Positions 1-15,000 of a DNA stretch of 64,000 bases are shown here, piece by piece (position 1 is the first letter of the stretch; each line of letters opens with the position of its first letter). Origin of the DNA: Eledone cirrhosa (lineage: Eukaryota); NCBI GenBank assembly GCA_964016885.1, contig OZ024742.1, forward strand, positions 378,696,001-378,760,000. The letters run 5' to 3'. The notes under the pieces are model-generated. The model was not told the DNA's origin. It saw only the letters and a program-made list of their open reading frames with translations, and ran no database searches. Both the position numbers and the translations under genes were made by a program.

Positions 1-3000
1 ATTGTAGCACTGAGCAGTCTATTGTATTAATGTTGTGTTCATTTGTTGTCTATTGTAGCACTGAGCAGTCTATTGTATTATTACTGTGGTCATTTGTAGT
101 GTAATGTAGCACTGAGCAGTCTATTGTATTAATGCTGTGGACATTTGTAGTCTATTGTAGCACTGAGCAGTCTATTGTATTAATATTGTGGTCATTTGTA
201 GTCTATTGTAGCACTGAGCAGTCTATTGTATTAATGTTGTGGTCATTTGTAGTCTATTGTAGCACTGAGCAGTCTATTGTTTTAATGTTGTGGTCATTTG
301 TAGATCTATTGTAGCATTCAGCAGTCTATTGTATTAATGTTGTGGTCATTTGTAGCTCTATTGTAGCATTGAGCAGTCTATTGTATTAATGTTGTGGTCA
401 GTTGTATTCTATTGTAGCACTGAGCAGACTATTGTATTAATGCTGTGGTCATTTGTAGCTCTATTGTAGCACTGAGCAGTCTATTGTATTAATGTTGTGG
501 TCATTTGTAGCTCTATTGTAGCACTGAGCAGTCTATTGTATTAATGTTGTGGTCAGTTGTAGTCTATTGTAGCACTGAGCAGACTATTGTATTAATGTTG
601 TGGTCAATTGTAGTCTATTGTAGCACTGAGCAGTCGATTGTATTAGTGTTGTGGTCATTTGTAGCTCTATAGTAGCACTGCGCAGTCTATTGTATTAATG
701 TTGTGGTCAGTTGTAGTCTATTGTAGCACTGAGCAGTCTATTGTATTAATGTTGTGGTCATTTGTAGTCTATTGTAGCACCGAGCAGTCTATTTATTAAT
801 GTTGTGGTCATTTGTAGCTCTATTGTAGCACTGAGCAGTCTATTGTATTAATGTTGTGGTCATTTGTAGTCTATTGTAGCACTGAGCAGTCTATTGTATT
901 AATGTTATGTTCATTTGTAGTCTATTGTAGCACTGAGCAGTCTATTGTATTAATGTTGTGGTCATTTGTAGTCTATTGTAGCACTGAGCAGTCTATTGTA
1001 TTAATGTTGTGGTCATTTGTAGTCTATTGTAGCACTGGGCATTGTATTGTATTAATGTTGTGGTCATTTGTAGCTCTATTGTAGCACTGAGCAGTCTATT
1101 ATATTAATGTTGTGGTCATTTGTAGTCTATTGTAGCACTGAGCAGTCTATTGTATTAGTGTTGTGGTCATTTGTAGCTCTATTGTAGCACTGAGCAGTCT
1201 ATTGTATTAATGTTGTGGTCAGTTGTAGTCTATTGTAGCACTGAGCAGTCTATTGTATTAGTGTTGTTGTCATTTGTAGCTCTATTGTAGCACTGAGCAG
1301 TCTCTTGTATTAATGTTGTGGTCATTTGTAGCTCTATTGTAGCAATGAGCATTGTATTGTATTAATGTTGTGGTCATTTGTAGACTATCGTAGCACTGAG
1401 CAGTCTATTGTATTAATGTTGTGGTCATTTGTAGCTCTATTGTAGCACTGAGCAGTCTATTGTATTAATGTTGTGGTCATTTGTAGCTCTATTGTAGCAC
1501 TGAGCAGTCTATTGTATTAATGTTGTGGTCATTTGTAGTCTATTGTAGCACTGAGCAGTCTATTGTATTAATGTTGTGGTCATTTGTAGTTTATTGTAGC
1601 ACTGAGCAGACTATTGTATTAATATTGTGGTCATTTGTAGTCTATTGTAGCACTGAGCAGTCTATTTTATTAATGTTGTGGTCATTTGTATCTCTATTGT
1701 AGCACTGAGCATTGCATTGTATTAATGTTGTGGTCATTTGTAGTCTATTGTAGCACTGAGCAGTCTATTATATTAATGTTGTGGTCATTTGTTGTCTATT
1801 GTAGCACTGAGCAGTCTATTGTATTAATGTTGTGGTCATTTGTATTCTAATGTAGCACTGAGCAGTCTATTGTATTAATGCTGTGGAGATTTGTAGTCTA
1901 TTGTAGCACTGAGCAGTCTATTGTATTAATATTGTGGTCATTTGTAGTCTATTGTAGCACTGAGCAGTCTATTGTATTAATGTTGTGGTCATTTGTAGCT
2001 CTATTGAAGCACCGAGCAGTCTATTGTGTTAATGTTGTGGTCATTTGTAATCTATTGTAGCACTGAGCAGTCTATTTTATTAATGTTGTGGTCATTTGTA
2101 TCTCTATTGTAGCACTGAGCATTGTATTGTATTAATGTTGTGGTCATTTGTAGACTATTGTAGCACTGAGCAGTCTATTATATTAATGTTGTGGTCATTT
2201 GTTGTCTATTGTAGCACTGAGCAGTCTATTTTATTAATGTTGTGGTCATTTGTAGTCTAATGTAGCACTGAGCAGTCTATTGTATTAATGTTGTGGTCAG
2301 TTGTAGCTCTATTGTAGCACTGAGCAGTCTATTGTATTAATGTTGTGGACATTTGTAGTCTATTGTAGCACTGAGCAGTCTATTGAATTAATATTGTGGT
2401 CATTTGTAGTCTATTGTAGCATTCAGCAGTCTATTGTATTAATGTTGTGGTCAGTTGTAGCTCTATTGTAGCATTGAGCAGTCTATTGTATTAATGTTGT
2501 GGTCAGTTGTATTCTATTGTAGCACTGAGCAGACTATTGTATTAATGCTGTGGTCATTTGTAGCTCTATTGTAGCACTGAGCAGTCTATTGTATTAATGT
2601 TGTGGTCATTTGTAGCTCTATTGTAGCACTGAGCAGTCTATTGTATTAATGTTGTGGTCAGTTGTAGTCTATTGTAGCACTGAGCAGACTATTGTATTAA
2701 TGTTGTGGTCAATTGTAGTCTATTGTAGCACTGAGCAGTCGATTGTATTAGTGTTGTGGTCATTTGTAGCTCTATAGTAGCACTGCGCAGTCTATTGTAT
2801 TAATGTTGTGGTCAGTTGTAGTCTATTGTAGCACTGAGCAGTCTATTGTATTAATGTTGTGGTCATTTGTAGTCTATTGTAGCACCGAGCAGTCTATTGT
2901 ATTAATGTTGTGGTCATTTGTAGCTCTATTGTAGCACTGAGCAGTCTATTGTATTAATGTTGTGGTCATTTGTAGTCTATTGTAGCACTGAGCAGTCTAT

Positions 3001-6000
3001 TGTATTAATGTTATGTTCATTTGTAGTCTATTGTAGCACTGAGCAGTCTATTGTATTAATGTTGTGGTCATTTGTAGTCTATTGTAGCACTGAGCAGTCT
3101 ATTGTATTAATGTTGTGGTCATTTGTAGTCTATTGTAGCACTGGGCATTGTATTGTATTAATGTTGTGGTCATTTGTAGCTCTATTGTAGCACTGAGCAG
3201 TCTATTATATTAATGTTGTGGTCATTTGTAGTCTATTGTAGCACTGAGCAGTCTATTGTATTAGTGTTGTGGTCATTTGTAGCTCTATTGTAGCACTGAG
3301 CAGTCTATTGTATTAATGTTGTGGTCAGTTGTAGTCTATTGTAGCACTGAGCAGTCTATTGTATTAGTGTTGTTGTCATTTGTAGCTCTATTGTAGCACT
3401 GAGCAGTCTCTTGTATTAATGTTGTGGTCATTTGTAGCTCTATTGTAGCAATGAGCATTGTATTGTATTAATGTTGTGGTCATTTGTAGACTATCGTAGC
3501 ACTGAGCAGTCTATTGTATTAATGTTGTGGTCATTTGTAGCTCTATTGTAGCACTGAGCAGTCTATTGTATTAATGTTGTGGTCATTTGTAGCTCTATTG
3601 TAGCACTGAGCAGTCTATTGTATTAATGTTGTGGTCATTTGTAGTCTATTGTAGCACTGAGCAGTCTATTGTATTAATGTTGTGGTCATTTGTAGTTTAT
3701 TGTAGCACTGAGCAGACTATTGTATTAATATTGTGGTCATTTGTAGTCTATTGTAGCACTGAGCAGTCTATTTTATTAATGTTGTGGTCATTTGTATCTC
3801 TATTGTAGCACTGAGCATTGCATTGTATTAATGTTGTGGTCATTTGTAGTCTATTGTAGCACTGAGCAGTCTATTATATTAATGTTGTGGTCATTTGTTG
3901 TCTATTGTAGCACTGAGCAGTCTATTGTATTAATGTTGTGGTCATTTGTATTCTAATGTAGCACTGAGCAGTCTATTGTATTAATGCTGTGGAGATTTGT
4001 AGTCTATTGTAGCACTGAGCAGTCTATTGTATTAATATTGTGGTCATTTGTAGTCTATTGTAGCACTGAGCAGTCTATTTTATTAATGTTGTGGTCATTT
4101 GTAGCTCTATTGAAGCACCGAGCAGTCTATTGTGTTAATGTTGTGGTCATTTGTAATCTATTGTAGCACTGAGCAGTCTATTTTATTAATGTTGTGGTCA
4201 TTTGTATCTCTATTGTAGCACTGAGCATTGTATTGTATTAATGTTGTGGTCATTTGTAGACTATTGTAGCACTGAGCAGTCTATTATATTAATGTTGTGG
4301 TCATTTGTTGTCTATTGTAGCACTGAGCAGTCTATTTTATTAATGTTGTGGTCATTTGTAGTCTAATGTAGCACTGAGCAGTCTATTGTATTAATGCTGT
4401 GGACATTTGTAGTCTATTGTAGCACTGAGCAGTCTATTGAATTAATATTGTGGTCATTTGTAGTCTATTGTAGCACTGAGCAGTCTATTGTATTAATGTT
4501 GTGGTCATTTGTAGCTCTATTGTAGCAATGAGCATTGTATTGTATTAATGTTGTGGTCATTTGTAGTCTATCGTAGCACTGAGCAGTCTATTGTATTAAT
4601 GTTGTGGTCATTTGTAGCTCTATTGTAGCACTGAGCAGTCTATTGTATTAATGTTGTGGTCATTTGTAGCTCTATTGTAGCACTGAGCAGTCTATTGTAT
4701 TAATGTTGTGGTCATTTGTAGTCTATTGTAGCACTGAGCAGTCTATTCTATTAATGTTGTGGTCATTAGTAATTTATTGTAGCACTGAGCAGACTATTGT
4801 ATTAATGTTGTGGTCATTTGTAGTCTATCGTAGCACTGAGCAGTCTATTTTATTAATGTTGTGGTCATTTGTATCTCTATTGTAGCACTGAGCATTGTAT
4901 TGTATTAATGTTGTGGTCATTTGTAGTCTATTGTAGCACTGAGCAGTTTATTATATTAATGTTGTGGTCATTTGTTGTCTATTGTAGCACTGAGCAGTCT
5001 ATTGTATTAATGTTGTGGTCATTTGTAGTCTAATGTAGCACTGAGCAGTCTATTGTATTAATGTTGTGGTCATTTATAGTCTATGTGGTCATTTGTAGTC
5101 TATTGTAGCACTGAGCAGTCTATTGTATTAATGTTGTGGTCATTTGTAGCTCTATTGTAGCACTGAGAGTCTATTGTATTAATGTTGTGTTCATTTGTTG
5201 TCTATTGTAGCACTGAGCAGTCTATTGTATTAATATTGTGGTCATTTGTAGTGTAATGTAGCACTGAGCAGTCTATTGTATTAATGCTGTGGACATTTGT
5301 AGTCTATTGTAGCACTGAGCAGTCTATTGTATTAATATTGTGGTCATTTGTAGTCTATTGTAGCACTGAGCAGTCTATTGTATTAATGTTGTGGTCATTT
5401 GTAGTCTATTGTAGCACTGAGCAGTCTATTGTTTTAATGTTGTGGTCATTTGTAGATCTATTGTAGCATTCAGCAGTCTATTGTATTAATGTTGTGGTCA
5501 TTTGTAGCTCTATTGTAGCATTGAGCAGTCTATTGTATTAATGTTGTGGTCAGTTGTATTCTATTGTAGCACTGAGCAGACTATTGTATTAATGCTGTGG
5601 TCATTTGTAGCTCTATTGTAGCACTGAGCAGTCTATTGTATTAATGTTGTGGTCATTTGTAGCTCTATTGTAGCACTGAGCAGTCTATTGTATTAATGTT
5701 GGGGTCAGTTGTAGTCTATTGTAGCACTGAGCAGTCTATTGTATTAGTGTTGTGGTCATTTGTAGCTCTATAGTAGCACTGCGCAGTCTATTGTATTAAT
5801 GTTGTGGTCAGTTGTAGTCTATTGTAGCACTGAGCAGTCTATTGTATTAATGTTGTGGTCATTTGTAGTCTATTGTAGCACCGAGCAGTCTATTGTATTA
5901 ATGTTGTGGTCATTTGTAGCTCTATTGTAGCACTGAGCAGTCTATTGTATTAATGTTGTGGTCATTTGTAGTCTATTGTAGCACTGAGCAGTCTATTGTA

Positions 6001-9000
6001 TTAATGTTATGTTCATTTGTAGTCTATTGTAGCACTGAGCAGTCTATTGTATTAATGTTGTGGTCATTTGTAGTCTATTGTAGCACTGAGCAGTCTATTG
6101 TATTAATGTTGTGGTCATTTGTAGTCTATTGTAGCACTGAGCAGTCTATTGTATTAATGTTGTGGTCATTTGTAGTCTATTGTAGCACTGAGCAGTGTAT
6201 TGTATTAATGTTGTGGTCATTTGTAGCTCTATTGTAGCACTGAGCAGTCTATTATATTAATGTTGTGGTCATTTGTAGTCTATTGTAGCACTGAGCAGTC
6301 TATTGTATTAGTGTTGTGGTCATTTGTAGCTCTATTGTAGCACTGAGCAGTCTATTGTATTAATGTTGTGCTCAGTTGTAGTCTACTGTAGCACTGAGCA
6401 GTCTATTGTATTAGTGTTGTTGTCATTTGTAGCTCTATTGTAGCACTGAGCAGTCTCTTGTATTAATGTTGTGGTCATTTGTAGCTCTATTGTAGCAATG
6501 AGCATTGTATTGTATTAATGTTGTGGTCATTTGTAGACTATCGTAGCACTGAGCAGTCTATTGTATTAATGTTGTGGTCATTTGTAGCTCTATTGTAGCA
6601 CTGAGCAGTCTATTGTATTAATGTTGTGGTCATTTGTAGCTCTATTGTAGCACTGAGCAGTCTATTGTATTAATGTTGTGGTCATTTGTAGCTCTATTGT
6701 AGCACTGAGCAGTCTATTGTATTAATGTTGTGGTCATTTGTAGTCTATTGTAGCACTGAGCAGTCTATTGTATTAATGTTGTGGTCATTTGTAGTTTATT
6801 GTAGCACTGAGCAGACTATTGTATTAATATTGTGGTCATTTGTAGTCTATTGTAGCACTGAGCAGTCTATTTTATTAATGTTGTGGTCATTTGTATCTCT
6901 ATTGTAGCACTGAGCATTGCATTGTATTAATGTTGTGGTCATTTGTAGTCTATTGTAGCACTGAGCAGTCTATTATATTAATGTTGTGGTCATTTGTTGT
7001 CTATTGTAGCACTGAGCAGTCTATTGTATTAATGTTGTGGTCATTTGTATTCTAATGTAGCACTGAGCAGTCTATTGTATTAATGCTGTGGAGATTTGTA
7101 GTCTATTGTAGCACTGAGCAGTCTATTGTATTAATATTGTGGTCATTTGTAGTCTATTGTAGCACTGAGCAGTCTATTGTATTAATGTTGTGGTCATTTG
7201 TAGCTCTATTGAAGCACCGAGCAGTCTATTGTGTTAATGTTGTGGTCATTTGTAATCTATTGTAGCACTGAGCAGTCTATTTTATTAATGTTGTGGTCAT
7301 TTGTATCTCTATTGTAGCACTGAGCATTGTATTGTATTAATGTTGTGGTCATTTGTAGACTATTGTAGCACTGAGCAGTCTATTATATTAATGTTGTGGT
7401 CATTTGTTGTCTATTGTAGCACTGAGCAGTCTATTTTATTAATGTTGTGGTCATTTGTAGTCTAATGTAGCACTGAGCAGTCTATTGTATTAATGCTGTG
7501 GACATTTGTAGTCTATTGTAGCACTGAGCAGTCTATTGAATTAATATTGTGGTCATTTGTAGTCTATTGTAGCACTGAGCAGTCTATTGTATTAACGTTG
7601 TGGTCATTTGTAGTCTATGTGGTCATTTGTAGTCTATTGTAGCACTGAGCAGTCTATTGTATTAATGTTGTGGTCATTTGTAGATCTATTGTAGCACTGA
7701 GCAGTCTATTGTATTAATGTTGTGGTCATTTGTAGTCTATTGTAGCACTGAGCAGTCTATTGTATTAATGTTGTGGTCATTTGTTGTCTATTGTAGCACT
7801 GAGCAGTCTATTGTATTAATATTGTGGTCATTTGTAGTCTATTGTAGCACTGAGCAGTCTATTGTATTAATGTTGTGGTCATTTGTATCTCTATTGTAGC
7901 ACTGAGCATTGTATTGTATTAATGTTGTGGTCATTTGTAGTCTATTGTAGCACTGAGCAGTTTATTATATTAATGTTGTGGTCATTTGTTGTCTATTGTA
8001 GCACTGAGCAGTCTATTGTATTAATGTTGTGGTCATTTGTAGTCTAATGTAGCACTGAGCAGTCTATTGTATTAATGTTGTGGTCATTTATAGTCTATGT
8101 GGTCATTTGTAGTCTATTGTAGCACTGAGCAGTCTATTGTATTAATGTTGTGGTCATTTGTAGCTCTATTGTAGCACTGAGAGTCTATTGTATTAATGTT
8201 GTGTTCATTTGTTGTCTATTGTAGCACTGAGCAGTCTATTGTATTAATATTGTGGTCATTTGTAGTGTAATGTAGCACTGAGCAGTCTATTGTATTAATG
8301 CTGTGGACATTTGTAGTCTATTGTAGCACTGAGCAGTCTATTGTATTAATATTGTGGTCATTTGTAGTCTATTGTAGCACTGAGCAGTCTATTGTATTAA
8401 TGTTGTGGTCATTTGTAGTCTATTGTAGCACTGAGCAGTCTATTGTTTTAATGTTGTGGTCATTTGTAGATCTATTGTAGCATTCAGCAGTCTATTGTAT
8501 TAATGTTGTGGTCATTTGTAGCTCTATTGTAGCATTGAGCAGTCTATTGTATTAATGTTGTGGTCAGTTGTATTCTATTGTAGCACTGAGCAGACTATTG
8601 TATTAATGCTGTGGTCATTTGTAGCTCTATTGTAGCACTGAGCAGTCTATTGTATTAATGTTGTGGTCATTTGTAGCTCTATTGTAGCACTGAGCAGTCT
8701 ATTGTATTAATGTTGGGGTCAGTTGTAGTCTATTGTAGCACTGAGCAGACTATTGTATTAATGTTGTGGTCAATTGTAGTCTATTGTAGCACTGAGCAGT
8801 CTATTGTATTAGTGTTGTGGTCATTTGTAGCTCTATAGTAGCACTGCGCAGTCTATTGTATTAATGTTGTGGTCAGTTGTAGTCTATTGTAGCACTGAGC
8901 AGTCTATTGTATTAATGTTGTGGTCATTTGTAGTCTATTGTAGCACTGAGCAGTCTATTGTATTAATGTTATGTTCATTTGTAGTCTATTGTAGCACTGA

Positions 9001-12000
9001 GCAGTCTATTGTATTAATGTTGTGGTCATTTGTAGTCTATTGTAGCACTGAGCAGTCTATTGTATTAATGTTGTGGTCATTTGTAGTCTATTGTAGCACT
9101 AGGCATTGTATTGTATTAATGTTGTGGTCATTTGTAGCTCTATTGTAGCACTGAGCAGTCTATTATATTAATGTTGTGGTCATTTGTAGTCTATTGTAGC
9201 ACTGAGCAGTCTATTGTATTAGTGTTGTGGTCATTTGTAGCTCTATTGTAGCACTGAGCAGTCTATTGTATTAATGTTGTGCTCAGTTGTAGTCTACTGT
9301 AGCACTGAGCAGTCTATTGTATTAGTGTTGTTGTCATTTGTAGCTCTATTGTAGCACTGAGCAGTCTCTTGTATTAATGTTGTGGTCATTTGTAGCTCTA
9401 TTGTAGCAATGTGCATTGTATTGTATTAATGTTGTGGTCATTTGTAGACTATCGTAGCACTGAGCAGTCTATTGTATTAATGTTGTGGTCATTTGTAGCT
9501 CTATTGTAGCACTGAGCAGTCTATTGTATTAATGTTGTGGTCATTTGTAGCTCTATTGTAGCACTGAGCAGTCTATTGTATTAATGTTGTGGTCATTTGT
9601 AGTCTATTGTAGCACTGAGCAGTCTATTGTATTAATGTTGTGGTCATTTGTAGTTTATTGTAGCACTGAGCAGACTATTGTATTAATATTGTGGTCATTT
9701 GTAGTCTATTGTAGCACTGAGCAGTCTATTTTATTAATGTTGTGGTCATTTGTATCTCTATTGTAGCACTGAGCATTGCATTGTATTAATGTTGTGGTCA
9801 TTTGTAGTCTATTGTAGCACTGAGCAGTCTATTATATTAATGTTGTGGTCATTTGTTGTCTATTGTAGCACTGAGCAGTCTATTGTATTAATGTTGTGGT
9901 CATTTGTATTCTAATGTAGCACTGAGCAGTCTATTGTATTAATGCTGTGGAGATTTGTAGTCTATTGTAGCACTGAGCAGTCTATTGTATTAATATTGTG
10001 GTCATTTGTAGTCTATTGTAGCACTGAGCAGTCTATTGTATTAATGTTGTGGTCATTTGTAGCTCTATTGAAGCACCGAGCAGTCTATTGTGTTAATGTT
10101 GTGGTCATTTGTAATCTATTGTAGCACTGAGCAGTCTATTTTATTAATGTTGTGGTCATTTGTATCTCTATTGTAGCACTGAGCATTGTATTGTATTAAT
10201 GTTGTGGTCATTTGTAGACTATTGTAGCACTGAGCAGTCTATTATATTAATGTTGTGGTCATTTGTTGTCTATTGTAGCACTGAGCAGTCTATTTTATTA
10301 ATGTTGTGGTCATTTGTAGTCTAATGTAGCACTGAGCAGTCTATTGTATTAATGCTGTGGACATTTGTAGTCTATTGTAGCACTGAGCAGTCTATTGAAT
10401 TAATATTGTGGTCATTTGTAGTCTATTGTAGCACTGAGCAGTCTATTGTATTAACGTTGTGGTCATTTGTAGTCTATGTGGTCATTTGTAGTCTATTGTA
10501 GCACTGAGCAGTCTATTGTATTAATGTTGTGGTCATTTGTAGATCTATTGTAGCACTGAGCAGTCTATTGTATTAATGTTGTGGTCATTTGTAGTCTATT
10601 GTAGCACTGAGCAGTCTATTGTATTAATGTTGTGGTCATTTGTTGTCTATTGTAGCACTGAGCAGTCTATTGTATTAATATTGTGGTCATTTGTAGTCTA
10701 ATGTAGCACTGAGCAGTCTATTGTATTAATGCTGTGGACATTTGTAGTCTATTGTAGCACTGAGCAGTCTATAGTATTAATATTGTGGTCATTTGTAGTC
10801 TATTGTAGCACTGAGCAGTCTATTGTATTAATGTTGTGGTCATTTGTAGTATATTATAGCACTGAGCAGTCTATTGTTTTAATGTTGTGGTCATTTGTAG
10901 ATCTATTGTAGCATTGAGCAGTCTATAGTATTAATGTTGTGGTCAGTTGTATTCTATTGTAGCACTGAGCAGGCTATTGTATTAATGCTGTGGTCATTTG
11001 TAGCTCTATTGTAGCACTTAGCAGTCTATTGTATTAATGTTGTGGTCATTTGTAGCTCTATTGTAGCACTGAGCAGTCTATTGTATTAAAGTTGTGGTCA
11101 GTTGTAGTCTATTGTAGCACTGAGCAGACGATTGTATTAATGTTGTGGTCAATTGTAGTCTATTGTAGCACTGAGCAGTCTATTGTATTAGTGTTGTGGT
11201 CATTTGTAGCTCTATAGTAGCACTGAGCAGTCTATTGTATTAATGTTGTGGTCAGTTGTAGTCTATTGTAGCACTGAGCAGTCTATTGTATTAATGTTGT
11301 GGTCATTTGTAGTCTATTGTAGCACCGAGCAGTCTATTGTATTAATGTTGTGGTCATTTGTAGCTCTATTGTAGCACTGAGCAGTCTATTGTATTAATGT
11401 TGTGGTCATTTGTAGCTCTATTGTAGCACTGAGCAGTCTATTGTATTAATGTTGTGGTCATTTGTAGTCTATTGTAGCACTGAGCAGTCTATTGTATTAA
11501 TGTTGTGGTCATTTGTAGTTTATTGTAGCACTGAGCAGACTATTGTATTAATATTGTGGTCATTTGTAGTCTATTGTAGCACTGAGCAGTCTATTTTATT
11601 AATGTTGTGGTCATTTGTATCTCTATTGTAGCACTGAGCATTGCATTGTATTAATGTTGTGGTCATTTGTAGTCTATTGTAGCACTGAGCAGTCTATTAT
11701 ATTAATGTTGTGGTCATTTGTTGTCTATTGTAGCACTGAGCAGTCTATTGTATTAATGTTGTGGTCATTTGTATTCTAATGTAGCACTGAGCAGTCTATT
11801 GTATTAATGCTGTGGAGATTTGTAGTCTATTGTAGCACTGAGCAGTCTATTGTATTAATATTGTGGTCATTTGTAGTCTATTGTAGCACTGAGCAGTCTA
11901 TTGTATTAATGTTGTGGTCATTTGTAGCTCTATTGAAGCACCGAGCAGTCTATTGTGTTAATGTTGTGGTCATTTGTAATCTATTGTAGCACTGAGCAGT

Positions 12001-15000
12001 CTATTTTATTAATGTTGTGGTCATTTGTATCTCTATTGTAGCACTGAGCATTGTATTGTATTAATGTTGTGGTCATTTGTAGACTATTGTAGCACTGAGC
12101 AGTCTATTATATTAATGTTGTGGTCATTTGTTGTCTATTGTAGCACTGAGCAGTCTATTTTATTAATGTTGTGGTCATTTGTAGTCTAATGTAGCACTGA
12201 GCAGTCTATTGTATTAATGCTGTGGACATTTGTAGTCTATTGTAGCACTGAGCAGTCTATTGAATTAATATTGTGGTCATTTGTAGTCTATTGTAGCACT
12301 GAGCAGTCTATTGTATTAACGTTGTGGTCATTTGTAGTCTATGTGGTCATTTGTAGTCTATTGTAGCACTGAGCAGTCTATTGTATTAATGTTGTGGTCA
12401 TTTGTAGATCTATTGTAGCACTGAGCAGTCTATTGTATTAATGTTGTGGTCATTTGTAGTCTATTGTAGCACTGAGCAGTCTATTGTATTAATGTTGTGG
12501 TCATTTGTTGTCTATTGTAGCACTGAGCAGTCTATTGTATTAATGTTGTGGTCATTTGTAGTCTATTGTAGCACTGAGCAGTCTATTGTATTAATGTTGT
12601 GGTCATTTGTATCTCTATTGTAGCACTGAGCATTGTATTGTATTAATGTTGTGGTCATTTGTAGTCTATTGTAGCACTGAGCAGTTTATTATATTAATGT
12701 TGTGGTCATTTGTTGTCTATTGTAGCACTGAGCAGTCTATTGTATTAATGTTGTGGTCATTTGTAGTCTAATGTAGCACTGAGCAGTCTATTGTATTAAT
12801 GTTGTGGTCATTTATAGTCTATGTGGTCATTTGTAGTCTATTGTAGCACTGAGCAGTCTATTGTATTAATGTTGTGGTCATTTGTAGCTCTATTGTAGCA
12901 CTGAGAGTCTATTGTATTAATGTTGTGTTCATTTGTTGTCTATTGTAGCACTGAGCAGTCTATTGTATTAATATTGTGGTCATTTGTAGTGTAATGTAGC
13001 ACTGAGCAGTCTATTGTATTAATGCTGTGGACATTTGTAGTCTATTGTAGCACTGAGCAGTCTATTGTATTAATATTGTGGTCATTTGTAGTCTATTGTA
13101 GCACTGAGCAGTCTATTGTATTAATGTTGTGGTCATTTGTAGTCTATTGTAGCACTGAGCAGTCTATTGTTTTAATGTTGTGGTCATTTGTAGATCTATT
13201 GTAGCATTCAGCAGTCTATTGTATTAATGTTGTGGTCATTTGTAGCTCTATTGTAGCATTGAGCAGTCTATTGTATTAATGTTGTGGTCAGTTGTATTCT
13301 ATTGTAGCACTGAGCAGACTATTGTATTAATGCTGTGGTCATTTGTAGCTCTATTGTAGCACTGAGCAGTCTATTGTATTAATGTTGTGGTCATTTGTAG
13401 CTCTATTGTAGCACTGAGCAGTCTATTGTATTAATGTTGGGGTCAGTTGTAGTCTATTGTAGCACTGAGCAGACTATTGTATTAATGTTGTGGTCAATTG
13501 TAGTCTATTGTAGCACTGAGCAGTCTATTGTATTAGTGTTGTGGTCATTTGTAGCTCTATAGTAGCACTGCGCAGTCTATTGTATTAATGTTGTGGTCAG
13601 TTGTAGTCTATTGTAGCACTGAGCAGTCTATTGTATTAATGTTGTGGTCATTTGTAGTCTATTGTAGCACTGAGCAGTCTATTGTATTAATGTTATGTTC
13701 ATTTGTAGTCTATTGTAGCACTGAGCAGTCTATTGTATTAATGTTGTGGTCATTTGTAGTCTATTGTAGCACTGAGCAGTCTATTGTATTAATGTTGTGG
13801 TCATTTGTAGTCTATTGTAGCACTAGGCATTGTATTGTATTAATGTTGTGGTCATTTGTAGCTCTATTGTAGCACTGAGCAGTCTATTATATTAATGTTG
13901 TGGTCATTTGTAGTCTATTGTAGCACTGAGCAGTCTATTGTATTAGTGTTGTGGTCATTTGTAGCTCTATTGTAGCACTGAGCAGTCTATTGTATTAATG
14001 TTGTGCTCAGTTGTAGTCTACTGTAGCACTGAGCAGTCTATTGTATTAGTGTTGTTGTCATTTGTAGCTCTATTGTAGCACTGAGCAGTCTCTTGTATTA
14101 ATGTTGTGGTCATTTGTAGCTCTATTGTAGCAATGTGCATTGTATTGTATTAATGTTGTGGTCATTTGTAGACTATCGTAGCACTGAGCAGTCTATTGTA
14201 TTAATGTTGTGGTCATTTGTAGCTCTATTGTAGCACTGAGCAGTCTATTGTATTAATGTTGTGGTCATTTGTAGCTCTATTGTAGCACTGAGCAGTCTAT
14301 TGTATTAATGTTGTGGTCATTTGTAGTCTATTGTAGCACTGAGCAGTCTATTGTATTAATGTTGTGGTCATTTGTAGTTTATTGTAGCACTGAGCAGACT
14401 ATTGTATTAATATTGTGGTCATTTGTAGTCTATTGTAGCACTGAGCAGTCTATTTTATTAATGTTGTGGTCATTTGTATCTCTATTGTAGCACTGAGCAT
14501 TGCATTGTATTAATGTTGTGGTCATTTGTAGTCTATTGTAGCACTGAGCAGTCTATTATATTAATGTTGTGGTCATTTGTTGTCTATTGTAGCACTGAGC
14601 AGTCTATTGTATTAATGTTGTGGTCATTTGTATTCTAATGTAGCACTGAGCAGTCTATTGTATTAATGCTGTGGAGATTTGTAGTCTATTGTAGCACTGA
14701 GCAGTCTATTGTATTAATATTGTGGTCATTTGTAGTCTATTGTAGCACTGAGCAGTCTATTGTATTAATGTTGTGGTCATTTGTAGCTCTATTGAAGCAC
14801 CGAGCAGTCTATTGTGTTAATGTTGTGGTCATTTGTAATCTATTGTAGCACTGAGCAGTCTATTTTATTAATGTTGTGGTCATTTGTATCTCTATTGTAG
14901 CACTGAGCATTGTATTGTATTAATGTTGTGGTCATTTGTAGACTATTGTAGCACTGAGCAGTCTATTATATTAATGTTGTGGTCATTTGTTGTCTATTGT